Source: Octopus vulgaris | Lineage: Eukaryota | DNA: 64,000 nt | NCBI GenBank assembly: GCA_951406725.2 | Contig: OX597820.1 | Span: 59,768,001 to 59,832,000, forward strand | Direction: 5' to 3' | Shown here: positions 25,843 to 39,509 of the stretch, piece by piece | Position numbering within the stretch: position 1 is the stretch's first letter | Layout of the letters: every line of letters begins with the position of its first letter | Program-made: the position numbers and the translations under genes | Notes under the pieces: model-generated | The model's input: the letters and a program-made list of their open reading frames with translations, nothing else | Told to the model about the DNA's origin: nothing | Database searches by the model: none

Positions 25843-28389
25843 GATGGGGTTCCACACAGCCTCTGTCTACCAAATTCACTCACAAGGTATTTGTCGGCCT
25901 AGGGCTAAAGTAGAAGACGCTTGCTCAGCAGACTTCGTTAAACTATAACTCTACTAATGAATTCTAATATGCAAAAGCATGTACATTGTTGTCTGTTGCC
26001 TAAAATCAAAGATCAGAATTTCCTTCCTCTATGACTGTAAATTAACTTGGTGAGATTATCCCCTAATTTTTTGAAATTATCGCCCCTTTCACTTCAGATT
26101 CACGGATATAATCTGGACGAATTAGGTTCTGATTATAAGTGTGTACGAAGTCGATTTTGCAAAATATAATTCTTCCATGCAATGAAACTATAAACTCTTG
26201 CATATGTGGCGATAGTCAGACGTAACGATGTTATCAATATTTAAGGTGCGAGAGTGTCCACTTCGCTTCTTGTTTCCTAGACTTTCTAGGTATTACGCGA
26301 AGAGCTGATGACCAGTCGTTTGAAGAGGGTCGAATGCAGTGCTCTTGTATCTTATGCACAAACTCTCCCTTTGCAACGGTTTCTCGTTCGGAGTCTCTTT
26401 TTGTTCCTTTCTATGAATATGAATTATGACTTCCGTTCAATCTGATGTACAACATTATGAAATACAGGTGCGTTGCCTGATAGTGGTGACCGATGTGACT
26501 GCGCTGAAAAGCTTGGCATACTCAGGTGTGATTGTATAATGCATGTACATGAACCCTGCGAAGAGTTTTATTGTCACTTCCAGAAGTTTATCAGCCAATT
26601 TCACCGGAAGGTTCAATTTGTATCAGACGTTGCTTATCATTTTGAGGATTTTCTGGTAATCACTATACAAAAAGTCTACACAGTAGTTGTTTCTTAATAG
26701 GACTATCATTGCTACATGGTGAGCAGTAGCAGAGAAGGTTTTAAAGTCTCAAATTATTTTATTTATTCGTAGCGGGATAACGAATATATATATTGACGCT
26801 TGCCATCGGATTTCGTAGTGCGTTTGATGAGTAAGTCTTTTAAGCTCTCATACTGGTCGCTTGATAATGTGAAATGGTGCAGTGAATTTGCACGAGGAAG
26901 ATTTACAAAAATAATACAATCATATCTTGTTCGTTAGTGGCTAATATTTTCGAATTTATTTGCTTATGCAAAACAAAGGACAAGGTCCGTTGTCTAAAGA
27001 GGATAGAGTTTTATAGTTATAATAGCTATGATAGAAATTGTCAAGCATGTAACACAGTCGCTAATTATGGAGAATATGTGAGGGCCATAGACAGCCTGAA
27101 CCTGGATAAGTAAAGTTGATGAGTAAACCGCAAAGAGTTCCACTGAAAGCAAACCAAGAAGAATTACCAACCTCAATACCGAACTAGTTATAACCAGTGC
27201 TGGTGGAAGAAATCATGTTCGAGCAGTGGCAGCTCGTATATAGGCACTGCAGAACTGCATCACCCCCTATTTTCACTCGATATTGTCGATAACACTCAAT
27301 ATGAGTCCTTTTTTCTTTAATTCTCTCTTTATACTTGTACATTATATAATCCTTAAGCTTAATGTCAGTAACCATCCCCTAGTTTATGAAAAAAATACAA
27401 AAATCTTTATATAGAACTGTGCACATCACAGTTCCAGCGGTGTTTCGCTGTTGTGCCCAAGCTCACATGTCCGAGATAGGAAACCTCACACTAGGAGAGA
27501 CAGCACTGTCGTTCACGCAGTACCGGTGAAAGGTTTGACTCCGGTGTGTTGTGCTTAAAAACGTGTTTATATTCTTGAATGTGATAAAGTGTAGAATTAG
27601 ATTATTATCCTGCTTCTAGCTTCAGTGTTGCTTCCAGGATTTAAAACATTTCCCCACTTTATTTTGTGATTTAGTGGGGAGGTTGAAAAACAAGGGGGAA
27701 TTCGCGGTGGTGTTCAGTGAACAAATTAAACACATTACCCAGCAGTGGCTAAAACGCGAACCGATTAAGTTTATGTATAAATATTCTTTTTATGTGTTTG
27801 TTTCCTTTTACAGAATATTAAAAGAATGGCTAAAAATTTTCTGAAGCAGCACCCCAACTAATTTTATCTACGAGCCGCCACTGAGTTCGAGTCACCAATA
27901 TGGCGTTCGAAACTCGCTGAAAAGTGAGTAGAATGAATTTATTGACGGTTAGGAACGTCAGACAATTCACAGACTACTGGTTGCTAATTAGTTAAGAAGT
28001 TGGCGATAAATAACATTTCACCCGTCAATCAAAGCGAGAGGCAACGAGATCACATCGCAGTCACGTCGGTACAATATTTATAACACCAAGGCTGAACTAA
28101 TCCGTAAATTGTTACAATGATTTAACCACCGTCCTCATCACGCCACCAGCACCACCAGTAAAATTACCAGCGCTGTTTTCACCACCATATATATTAAAAC
28201 GAGTAAACATACACTTGTAAACGCATACACACATAAGAATAATTCTTAGAAAAGTAATAAACGTACCAACAACCGGGAAGCTGCTAAGAGGTCATAAGAA
28301 ACAGTAGCAAAATATCCTACAAATCAGAAACTAGCGTCTTAAAAAGAAGTCATATTTTAGCTTTAGGTATGTTATATACCATTTACCGT

Positions 28390-28598
28390 TGACTTATTTC
28401 AGTGATTAGACCGCAGTATTGCTGGGGCACAGCCTTGAAGAATTTTAGACGAACGAATCGACCCCAGAACATATTATTTTTTTGTAAATCCTGGTACTTA
28501 TTCTATAGGCCTCTTTTGCTGAACTGCTAAGTTACGGGAAAGTATACACATGCGGGGCGGAAGACAAACACAGGTACAAAGACATAACACACACACAC

Positions 28599-28663
<65 letters not shown>

Positions 28664-28830
28664 TCACACAAGTCGGGCTTCTTTTCATTTCCGTCTCCCA
28701 AATCCACCCGTACGGCTTTGGTCAGCCCGAGGTTATAGTTGAATAGATTTACTCAAGGTGCCACGCAGTGGGACTGAACCTAGAACCATATGATTAGGAA
28801 GCAAACTCTTACCACTCAACCATGCCTGCC
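28390..28830 (-). mobile_element. SINE family A, degraded
   Basis: Tail through head homology, ending caaggtgccacgcagtgggactgaacc. Confidence 0.75.
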
Positions 28831-29859
28831 TGCGCATATATATGAAAAAACAAAAAACAAAAAACAAACAAAATGGATGATTCACTGCTGGAATGCTACT
28901 CGTCATAAATTTGCCCCATTGAAACTGCATTAGAATACCATGACGATCTAGTTGGTTTGGCTGCCATCATTTCGAAAATTAAACCTTATCGAAAATTTTA
29001 AAATTTGGCACATCAACATACTTTTCCAAGCTGAATTGCTGGAGTTATTTCACTTTTTCCAGAAAAAATGTTTTAAAAAAGTTATAGAAGTTTAAAGTTT
29101 GATCATTTTCACCAAGTCAGGAAACAAGATTTGGAAGGTGCCATTTTATGTGTGATTGCACATTTTGTCGTTAGCATTCTGAAAATAGCACGTGTTGTCA
29201 ATATTTGTAAACATCACGTGTTTTGTAGTTTGAAGCATTCAATGTGCATTTAATGCGATAGCACGAACTTAAAAGATTTATCCAAAAAACGTTATTTAGC
29301 TGTTATTTTTTAGCACACCTCACAACCACCTCGATGACAAAAAGAAACGGGTAAAGAAGTCGTTTTAGCATTTAATATGCATTTAATGCAAATGCAATGA
29401 ACAACACGTTACATGCAATAAACACATTACAATTTTCCCCACAAATGATTTCAATGCAGTTTTAACAGAAAGATTTGGAAGAATTAAATAAAAGTTCTCC
29501 AGTAACTTCTTTTCATGAAAATAAATGTTTATGTTAATTTAAAAGATTTATCCAAAAAACGTTATTTAACTGTTATTTTTAGCACACCTCACAGACAAAA
29601 AGAAACGAGTAAACAAGTAGTTTTAAGCATTCAGTATGCGATGAAGAACACGTAACAAATTAAATATTAAAAAAAAACAACATTTTTTTGACCAGTTCAT
29701 AAATTCACATACTCAATTGTCAATAGATAAGTAAAACAAGCGGTTTCAATATATTTGTCAACACGTGATGGCGGCGAGCTGGCAGAAACGTTAGCACGCC
29801 GGGCGAAATGCATTGTGGTATATCGTACGTCTGTTACTGAAAATTTATTGCTGGAGTGT

Positions 29860-32195
29860 GTTCGTAAGTTTCTATTAATTGTTATATTTCTTGTTGTGCC
29901 TATTGTTGGACTTATTGTTGAAAAAATTGTAGTATAGTTTTCTTTCGAAAGCTATCTGTGGTTTTCCCCTGTGGGGGAAATATTAATTGTCGGCAAGATG
30001 CTGAAAAGTTCGTGTTCTTCGTCGGGGGACGAATCATCGATTGAAAGAGAAGCAAAGAAAACAGAAAGCTTAATTTTTGACAACGTTTCTGATGTGTCGG
30101 AGAGCGAATTTCCAACATTACCAAGAGTTATGAACACCAATAGAAAGACAGAAAAAAGACCATCCAAAATGAAGAAAGGAAAAGTTTTGCGTTAGCGGCT
30201 GGTGGTGGAACGAGACAGCTGTCAACTGACATAAAAGAATATTTAAAATATAAAGATATGATAACAGAACGAAATGGAATAGTAAAAGTGGAACTACCAG
30301 AAAAAGAATTAACGGAATCAAAAAAGTAAAACATTATTTTAAAATCATTTTGCTTAAAAGCACGTAAAATTGATAAAATATGTGAACAAAAAATTGAAAA
30401 ATGTCTAAAACCCATCTGGCAGGACATTACATATCTAGCCAGAGGGAAAAAGTTTGGAACCATCGTGGTGAAATTCAAGAATGCAGAAACGGCACAAAAA
30501 CACTCTATAAAATCTTTAGAGTCGGAAGACACTCTGTTAATCCCAATTTACATGGGAATGAGAACATCAAAATTGAGAATACCTAGAATTCCGCCCGGAA
30601 TAAACCCTATGTGCTTGATGGTGGCGGTCCTGGCAAACAGGGAAGATAGTATTAACCTCCTGCAGGCTACCATCATAGAAAATACTTATTGGACAGGTCA
30701 GACGCTTAACATCATATTGCAGGCTGACCAAAAGAGTTTAGAACCGCTCCCAGAAATCGTGGAAGTAGGGGAGGAAGTTCTAAATATTTTTGTTGAGGGG
30801 CGTAAGTCCCGATGTTTCCAGTGTGGCCAACTGGGTCACATTAAAAAATATTGTAAAGAAGGTGTAGAAGAATCAGACGGCGAGGAGGAAGAAAGAGAGA
30901 GAGAAACAGAAGAAAAAATAAACACTAAAAGGAAAATGGAAGGATCGAACCAGCAAAAGCAGAGCGAGCCGAGACCAAAAAACAGCCAAGAGAGACAGAC
31001 CGAGGAAGGCGGAGGGGGTGGCGATCAGAGGAATAGCTGCACTTTACAGTAAAAACGAAGATTTAATGCGGGAAATAAAAACAAAAAAATCAGCAACTCG
31101 ATTAATTGAACTGTCAGAGAAATATAAAAACTACGAATTTTACGAATTGGACGAAAAAACGTACATGTTGTCTAACAATATAGAAAATCGGTCTCAACAT
31201 GGAGACTTGATTTTCACTAATCCATGTTTGAAAGCTTACCATCTCCGACTCAAGAAAAGGTGGAGAATCCCTCTCCACAAGACACCCCGATCTAAAAGGT
31301 AAGTCATGTCAATTCCCATTGGTTGTATAAATGTTCGTGGCCTGATGTCAAGCTGGAAGCAAGGACGCTTCCTAAATGACATCAGGTCAAGACATTTGGA
31401 TATAATTGTTGCAACGCAAACCCGGGTGAAGGGGCCAAGTGATCTGCTCCCACTCCTGAACGGCTACGAGAAATACGTTTCTCCGAGTCGGGCGGGAGGT
31501 GGGGGTGTGGTGTTGGTCCTACTAAAAAGAAACCGGGTAGCCGAGAAAAAGTTGTTTTTTTTCTGATCCAGAAGACAGGTTGGTGGTTCTTGACCTGACA
31601 TTCAGTTGTGACAAGACAATCAGGCTGATCGCTCTTTATGCACCCAACATTATGGGCCCGTAAACTGAATATTTTCGTGACCTGGGAAAGTTCCTAGCCA
31701 CGACGCATTCGCTAGTATTGTTAGGAGACTTTAACACAATATGTGTAGCACACTCAGATTGTGTTGGCTCGAACATGAACAGAAAATGTAAGCCAGGCTT
31801 ACGAGATCTGCTAAGTCAATTTCAGCTAACAAATCCATATAGGTTGGAACACCCGAATACTCCACAGTGGACGTGGTCAAATAGTGACGGGTCTTCCAGA
31901 ACATATCTAGATAGGATTTTAATTAGAGAAACAGATAAGTCCATAGTCGAGTGTCCACTAGTCAGCTACAATGACCACAAGATGGTTACCTGTAAACTGA
32001 CGGTAGATAAGTTGCATAGTCAGGGATCTGGCTACTGGAGACTCAATATGTACCTTTTGGCGATTGAGGAGTACAGAAATCGGATCAAGATGTTAATACA
32101 GAGGGCATTAACAGGTACCATCATTAATAACAAATGGTGGTACGCCCTAAAAAGAGTAATCAAATATGAGTCTATTAGGTTTAGCATAAGTTTAG
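29860..32195 (+). mobile_element. Tx1/L1-clade LINE, 5' half (ORF1 with zinc knuckle, ORF2 AP endonuclease), disrupted
   Basis: ORF1 CFQCGQLGHIKKYC (CX2CX4HX4C). ORF2 from 31306 has GCINVRGL, LYAPN, LGDFN, WTWSNSDGSSRTYLDRILI, DHKMV and GSGYWRLN; stops and frameshifts. Confidence 0.9.
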
Positions 32196-32196
32196 A

Positions 32197-32630
32197 TGGT
32201 TATGTGCAGACCCTTCTGAAGTTCCAAGTGTTATGCATACAAAATTTCCTGCAACTGTCATGGTTTTAGGAGTTATCAGCAATGAAGGACATGTGATACC
32301 TCCTTACTTCTTTCCACAAGGTCTTAGAGTTAACTCTGCTGTCTATAGTGAGGTCCTGGAAATAATTTTTAGCCCTGGATCGACAGTGTATGCAATGGAA
32401 GGCCATATGTGCTTCAGTAAGGCCCTGCACTATCACACATGGCTCTAGTAACACAGGAATGAATGGTTGAAAATGTTCATGATCACAACCCCTAACATTT
32501 GGCCTTCTAATCCACCAGATCTCAATCCATTGGATTACTACATGTAGATCGTTGTTGAGAGAGGTCAATGAACACGCCTATAACACCAAAGATTCTTTGA
32601 AAGCTGCCATAGTCAGCGTAATGTCCAAAA
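32197..32630 (+). mobile_element. Tc1/mariner (DD37D/maT-like) transposase fragment
   Basis: MHTKFPATVMVLGVISNEGHVIPPYFFPQGLRVN...WPSNPPDLNPLDYY; same type as 1320-2400. Confidence 0.85.
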
Positions 32631-32662
<32 letters not shown>

Positions 32663-32685
32663 TGTTTGTATGTGTGTGTGTGTGC

Positions 32686-32699
<14 letters not shown>

Positions 32700-32723
<24 letters not shown>

Positions 32724-33080
32724 GGCAGTTTGTCTGTGCGTGTTTCTGTGTGTCTGTTTGCTTGTACCCTCACCCTGACCACGGCTTTCAACCGATTCTG
32801 ATGAAACTTGACACACACATAGCCCAATTCAAAACTAACGTAGCGAAAATTTTGAAAAGTTCCCCCATTTCTGAAAAAAATCGATAAATTCGACATGGGG
32901 TGGAGAATCAGAAACACAAACCACAAACTGTCTAGGGGACGCAACTCCACCTTTTTTAACTTAAAAAAAATTTACCATCATTTTTTTCCATTTTTTTGCT
33001 ATTTTTTGGCTATAACTCTCTAAAAATGCTTTATAGTTATTTCCCTTACAAACCTGAGCAACGCCGGGTGATACTGCTAG
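32700..33080 (+). mobile_element. Non-autonomous Helitron
   Basis: First ~250 bp near-identical to the 5' end of the helicase-bearing copy at 46130-47075; 3' cctgagcaacgccggg hairpin, then CTAG|T. Confidence 0.8.
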
Positions 33081-33087
33081 TATATAA

Positions 33088-33602
33088 ATAAAAGTAAATA
33101 AATGGTACAACCAAGTACCGATATTTACTGGAAAATAGCGATCGTAATAAATACGACGCTATTGTATAGCTTCACTGCGTATATACTAGCAAAGACGTGT
33201 GTGTGCAACAAACATGAAAAATATTTGTCTTACCTCTAGGAAGAACATCTGAAAAATGAAAAACCTAGAAACGGATAATGCAGGACCGGTTTCAGACTCT
33301 TCAAATACGTTTGACAACGTAGATTTGATTTGTCCTCATCAGTTGCATATACCTAGACAAAATTTCAAATGTTGCCACATCTATGCCAGTACACTCGTCT
33401 GAGCGCCAAAACGTTAACAGAACGAGAACAGTGAAAAAGTTTCAATGAAAATAGTAATGCAATACGAAAGTATTGCTTTCCAGTAAAAGATAGCCCGTAA
33501 GGGTAAAATTATACATATAAAAGTAAATAAATGGTACAACGAAGTACCGATATTTACTGGAAAATAGCGATAGTAATAAATACGACGCTATTGTATAGCT
33601 TC
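33088..33602 (-). repeat. 429-bp unit with 86-bp terminal direct repeat, containing a hammerhead
   Basis: 33088-33173 matches 33517-33602 with 2 mismatches. Confidence 0.9.
33278..33348 (-). ncRNA. Type I hammerhead ribozyme, intact core
   Basis: atgca-a-CTGATGA-ggac...tcaaatctacgtt/aacgtatttga...gtct-GAAA-CCGG-TC-c-tgcat; GUC site. Confidence 0.85.
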
Positions 33603-33643
33603 GTTCATTTTCTGAATATTTTCAGTTTCTGTTTCTTTCTGTA

Positions 33644-33732
<89 letters not shown>

Positions 33733-33766
33733 AGAAACAGAAACTGAAAATATTCAGAAGATGAAC
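33603..33766. repeat. Near-perfect palindrome, ~40-bp arms around a (TA)n core
   Basis: gttcattttctgaatattttcagtttctgtttctttctgta ... tacagaaagaaacagaaactgaaaatattcagaagatgaac (1 mismatch). Confidence 0.95.
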
Positions 33767-36340
33767 ACTCGTGTATAAGCATGTAAATATTTATATACTT
33801 AATGTATAAGCATATAGATATTTATATATTTACAGAACAAATTTAAACAGAGTGCAAAGGCATAGTATTTCAAGTCCGACAGCTTTTTCTGGGGATCGGA
33901 ATTACGTAATAGTTGTAATGTTTATAATTGGCAGATGAAGTGTATAAAAATTCAAAGATATGCAACTTATAGAGGATGCACATAAAATTACCATAACACC
34001 GGCCACCGTCTTCGGGATGGAAAGTTCGGCAATTAATTTTTGATTTAGTCTTAAGGTCAGCAATTCTTAGAGAAGGTGTTTAGTGGTTACCATCGATCTC
34101 AGATTTTAACATTACGCTATCGTTTTGAACCGTTAACTTCAGGGGAATTTGAAATCTGAATAATAAGAACTTTGATAATTACTATAAGACACAAAGCCTG
34201 AAGTTTTGTGGGAGGGAGATAGTCGATTACATCGACCCCAAAGACATTTTGGTGGGAAGGGATAGTTCATTACATCGTCCGGTGCTCAACTGTTACTTAT
34301 TTTATTGACCCCACAAAAGGATGAAAGGTGTAGTCGACCTCAACGGAATTCTGAACTCAGAACGTAAAGTCGTATGAGATGCTGTTAAGCATTTTGTCCA
34401 TCTATAATGATAAAATATCTACGGCGAAGTCCTTCGCTGTTAACACCGAATGATTTTTAGCAGTGCTCCAACGCTCATTGATGTTTCGGCCATTTAACTA
34501 ATTCCGTCTGAATTATTATAGTAATAAACTAAAATTAAAATTTCTTCAGTTTCCACAATGTGTATTAACTCCAGTTCATTAAAATAGTGTGTAAGTGGCT
34601 GAGTATTTAGCCACTAACACATACACCTTTCCAAGAAGAATTAGCATGACGCGGTATGGCAATACTGAGCCTTTTAAATTATAGGTACAATCCATTCAGC
34701 GAGCTTTCACATAGTTTTCATCCATCAAATTTCTCTCATATGGCTTGGTTAGATCATAACCTATGACACTTGCTCAACATTGCACACAGGAGCCCGGCAT
34801 TTGGCTGTGCTATGCCTCCATTATTATAAATAATGTTAGATCCTTCTCACACAGCATTTGTTAACTTTGAACAATTTTATGATGTCTTCCAAGATGTACG
34901 TATTTCATTTTGGCCAAAGCAAATTTGAAGTATGTCTCAATCCATTAATGATAATAATTATCTAACATCGGCAAAAAGTTACACATTTGAAACGGAGAGT
35001 TGCATTTGATTAAATAGACACCAGCACATTAAAAAAAAATTCCTTGAGCCCTAGGACACACTATGCCGGTTACTCGATTTCCATAGCATAGATGTGACAG
35101 AGATAGCGACATTTTCCTTGAACTTGACACCGGTCCATTGAAGGATTCATTGAGGAAAGAGGACAAGTCGATTTCATCGAACCCTGGACTTGACTGGTAC
35201 TTTATTCTATTGACCCTGAAGGGATGAAAGGCAAAGTTGACCTAGACTGGGTTTGAACCCAGAAGAAAAGTTGCTAAGCGTTTTGTACGCTTAGTAATTT
35301 GCTAGCGATCCCGCCAACTCGGCACCTTATTACATGTTGAGTACTTATTTTATCGGCTCCAGAAGGATAAAAAGCTAAGTCAGCTCTGATGCTGTTGATG
35401 CCGGTGTCTTGCTTTGCTGACCTACCTGCACGATGTATATTATTATAGTAGGCATGGCTTGTGCAGAACCAATTCCACTCTTTTGTCCTTCAAATTGGTA
35501 TTGGGCTGGTAAACAAGTACCACGGGACCCCAGTAGTAATTAAGATACAAAATTTATATAGAGTTACCTTCTCTTAGATGAACAACTAAAGATTGTAATA
35601 ATTTAAAATGATTCCAGTTGTTTTAAGAACCTCCAAAAGGCTGGTGTTTAGCTCCGGGTCTCACCGCACCCCCTTTGATACGACTACAGTCTCTTTCTTA
35701 AAACATTTCCCGAAGATATTTTACTTATTCTGGGTTTGGTGGGACGTTTGTGAGTGACCTTCTTCTGGAGACCCCGGCAGGTACTACTACTCCGGGTCAG
35801 AATAGACCTGGGAAAAAATTAGGTTGAAGTGATGTTTCTACATTCCTCAAAGCCTTGAAATTCCCGAACTAGGGCTCCACTATCGGATGCAGTTTAAAGT
35901 CATATTCAGGACATTAATAGCTCCTATAGCATACTGCAAACTCTTGTCCTGATTAATAATTCTGAGAAGTTAGGCAACGTCCGCAACACCCGATGGATGC
36001 GATGGAAATGTTGCAGATACTGTGAGTGGTGGTGACCTAAAACGGAAGTGGGGAACCACTTCTTTCGAAGTTAATGTTACTGTTTCAGCATTCAGATTTG
36101 GATTGCTTATATACCACAATTACAACCTATTGCTGCTGGTGAACGCTTCGTATTTTTTTCCGTTATTGCTGTAGTTTTGTTTTTTTAGAAATTCCTGGTG
36201 TGTCTAACATGTCTTTTAGTAACCTTTCTTCCTTATTTTCAAGAGGGGTCAGGTATTATTTGAATAGGATTTGACCACTGTTTCCGGCAAGTTGTTGGTG
36301 TTAGACAAAGATCTTTCCTGCGAAGAAAGGCGTTCCATCT

Positions 36341-36394
<54 letters not shown>

Positions 36395-36562
36395 TGTGTG
36401 TCAGTGTGTGTGTGTATGTGTCAGTGTGTGTGTGAGCGTGTGTGTGTGAGCGTGCGTGTGTGTGTGTGTGAGTGTGTGTGTGTGCGTGTGAGTGTGTGTG
36501 TGTGTGTATGTATGTATATATCTATCTCTCTATATATACACACACACACACACGCACACACG

Positions 36563-36593
<31 letters not shown>

Positions 36594-36772
36594 TTCTCTC
36601 TTCCTCCACCCTCTTTCTCTCTGTATATATAAATATATATATATTTACATTATGTATGTAAAGTATGTAAAACTACTTTTCTTTATTGTTTTTTAAGGCG
36701 GTAGGGTGTTTCCGTGTGAATTTGTGTGTTTCCATATGTACGTATTTATGTGTGCTTTCATTTGTTTGTATA

Positions 36773-36837
<65 letters not shown>

Positions 36838-36976
36838 GTGAATGTAAACGTATGCACGAGTATATCTATTTGTGCATGAGCACGTGTGAGAGTATTTACT
36901 GATTCATCTATCATAGCTCAGCTATTTCTTTGAAGCTCTGTTTTACATTGTGAATTCATCTGGTTCTCGTAACAGA

Positions 36977-37023
<47 letters not shown>

Positions 37024-37184
37024 CATTTCTCCTCCTGTTGTAATTTATGCTACTGCTGTTGCTCTCGCTGCTTGTTGGTAATTCCTGGTGTGTGGTTAAG
37101 TTAGTTAATTCAATACTATACACAGGAGACCACTGAAGTGTTTTCGCCAAACCAACATATAAAACAAATAAAACAGTAAGAAAT

Positions 37185-37219
<35 letters not shown>

Positions 37220-37269
37220 AATGATGATAATAATATAATAATAGTAATAATAATAATAATAATAATAAT

Positions 37270-37830
37270 AGTTTCAAATTTTGGGGGAGGGGATGAGTCG
37301 ATTTCATCGACACCAATGTTTCACTGGTACTTAATTTATCGGCTTCGAAAAGATGAAAGGCAAAGTCGACCTCGGCGGTATTTGAACTCAGAACGTAGTG
37401 ACAAGGCGAAATACTTATTTCTTTACTACCCACAAGGGGCTAAACACAGAGAAGACAAACAAGGACAGACAAACGGATTAAGTCGATTATATCGACCTCA
37501 GTGCGTAGCTGGTACTTATTTAATCGACCCCGAAAGGATGAAAGGCAAAGTCGACCTCGGCAGAATTTGAACTCAGAACGTAGCGGCAGGGGAAATACCT
37601 ATTGCATTATTACCCACAAGGGGCTAAACATAGAGGGGACAAACAAGGACAGACATAGGTATTAATTCGATTATATCGTCCCCAGTGCGTAACTGGTACT
37701 TAATTTATCGACCCCGAAAGGATGAAAGGCAAAGTCGACCTCGGCGGAATTTGAACTCAGAACTTAACGGCAGACGAAATACGGCTACGCATTTCGCCCG
37801 GCGTGCTAACGTTTCTGCCAGCTCGCCGCC
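37270..37830 (-). mobile_element. SINE family B tandem trimer
   Basis: Three repeats of ggtacttaatttatcgaccccgaaaggatgaaaggcaaagtcgacctcggc..atttgaactcagaac with one tRNA-like head at ~37830. Confidence 0.85.
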
Positions 37831-37831
37831 C

Positions 37832-37912
<81 letters not shown>

Positions 37913-37938
37913 TAATAATAATAATAATAATAATAATG

Positions 37939-38363
<425 letters not shown>

Positions 38364-38365
38364 GT

Positions 38366-38430
<65 letters not shown>

Positions 38431-38432
<2 letters not shown>

Positions 38433-38987
38433 GCCCTGATGCAGTACAAGGCAGTGGCTCTCATGACTTCTGATCTTAACTGATTGGAAGTGTTATCATG
38501 TACATTGTTTTGTCTTGGTATAAAAGATGGGCTACAGCAAATATTTTGCTGAATACCACAGATTTGCTTGTCAGTTGTGTGACCTTAACCAGTTGAGCAT
38601 GTCCCTTAGTGTCTGACGATATGTGCATCTCTGATCACAAGCAGAAGTAGTGGGGGAGCATCATAGTCATGTGTTGAGAGGGATTCTTTGGGGTTTGATT
38701 AATTCACCTCTGGAAACATGGGTGATTCGTTCAACATCCTTAAGCAACCCTTATTCCGAAACCTTTTGAGCAGTATGGGTAACTCGACCAGAAGAAGATT
38801 CTAACTGGGCCACACCTGCAAGGTCATGTGCTGTTTATCTTGATATGAGATCACCATGTCGCGCACATATGGTTGTGATACATATGCCTGGTGCATCCTT
38901 ATCAGACGGGTAGTCATGATGGGTATACTGGGCTTCGTATATTTGTACCCCAGTGTCACTTCGATGGCATGCACTGCTCTCTCACTC
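38431..38987 (+). mobile_element. ~560-bp non-coding element embedded in (TAA)n, copy 1
   Basis: Highly similar copies at 52944-53493 and 54108-54570; all end ...ctgctctctcactc followed by (AAT)n. Confidence 0.85.
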
Positions 38988-39006
38988 AATAATAATAATA
39001 ATAATA

Positions 39007-39050
<44 letters not shown>

Positions 39051-39124
39051 AATAATAATAATAGTAAGGCCTCTGCACAGCTTCTAACGCTGGAGATGTG
39101 TCAGCTGTTCACTACGAGTGAACT

Positions 39125-39500
39125 AAGGTAACACCTCTTATTTTTGGAGCGTTTTTTCGAGCGTTTCCAAGCAGTGCTGTTTTCTGCAAGTGCTCCAACC
39201 TTATTGCAGCCCCTATTTGTTCCACGTATTTCTCGAGATTTTTGCTCACTGTTACCAGGGCTCTGACAATTATTGGTACTACTGATACCTTTTTCATCGA
39301 CCACAACTGGTTAACTTCCCAAGCTAACCTGTCATATCTCTCGACTTTTCTTTCCTCCTTATCGCATACCTTGTTGTCAGCTGGGCATGCTATTTCTAGG
39401 ATCCAGCATCGTTTGCTTTCTCTAGTAAGACTACGTCTGGCTTCCTATTCTCTATCTCATGGTCACACTGACTCATATAATCCCATAGGAACTTTGTCTT
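39125..39500 (-). mobile_element. R4/Dong-type LINE REL endonuclease fragment
   Basis: LWD..CDHEIENRKPDVV...LEIACPADNKV...KVERYDRLAWEV.QLWSMKKVSVVPIIVRAL...LQKTALLG (with frameshift). Confidence 0.8.
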
Positions 39501-39509
39501 ATCACCTGA

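Noticed and set aside
32150-32250. Tx1-mariner fusion ORF (31718-32269), with a similar junction at ~1320
   Set aside because: Read-through across a junction of two dead fragments, out of frame with the transposase; the two junctions involve different regions, so probably coincidental nesting or deletion.
34478-34552. Minus-strand CTGAAGA...ggccGAAACATC candidate
   Set aside because: Stems do not pair; likely chance or too decayed to support.
37270-37830. CRISPR-like regular repeats
   Set aside because: The intervening sequences are also repeated; this is a SINE multimer in a eukaryotic context.
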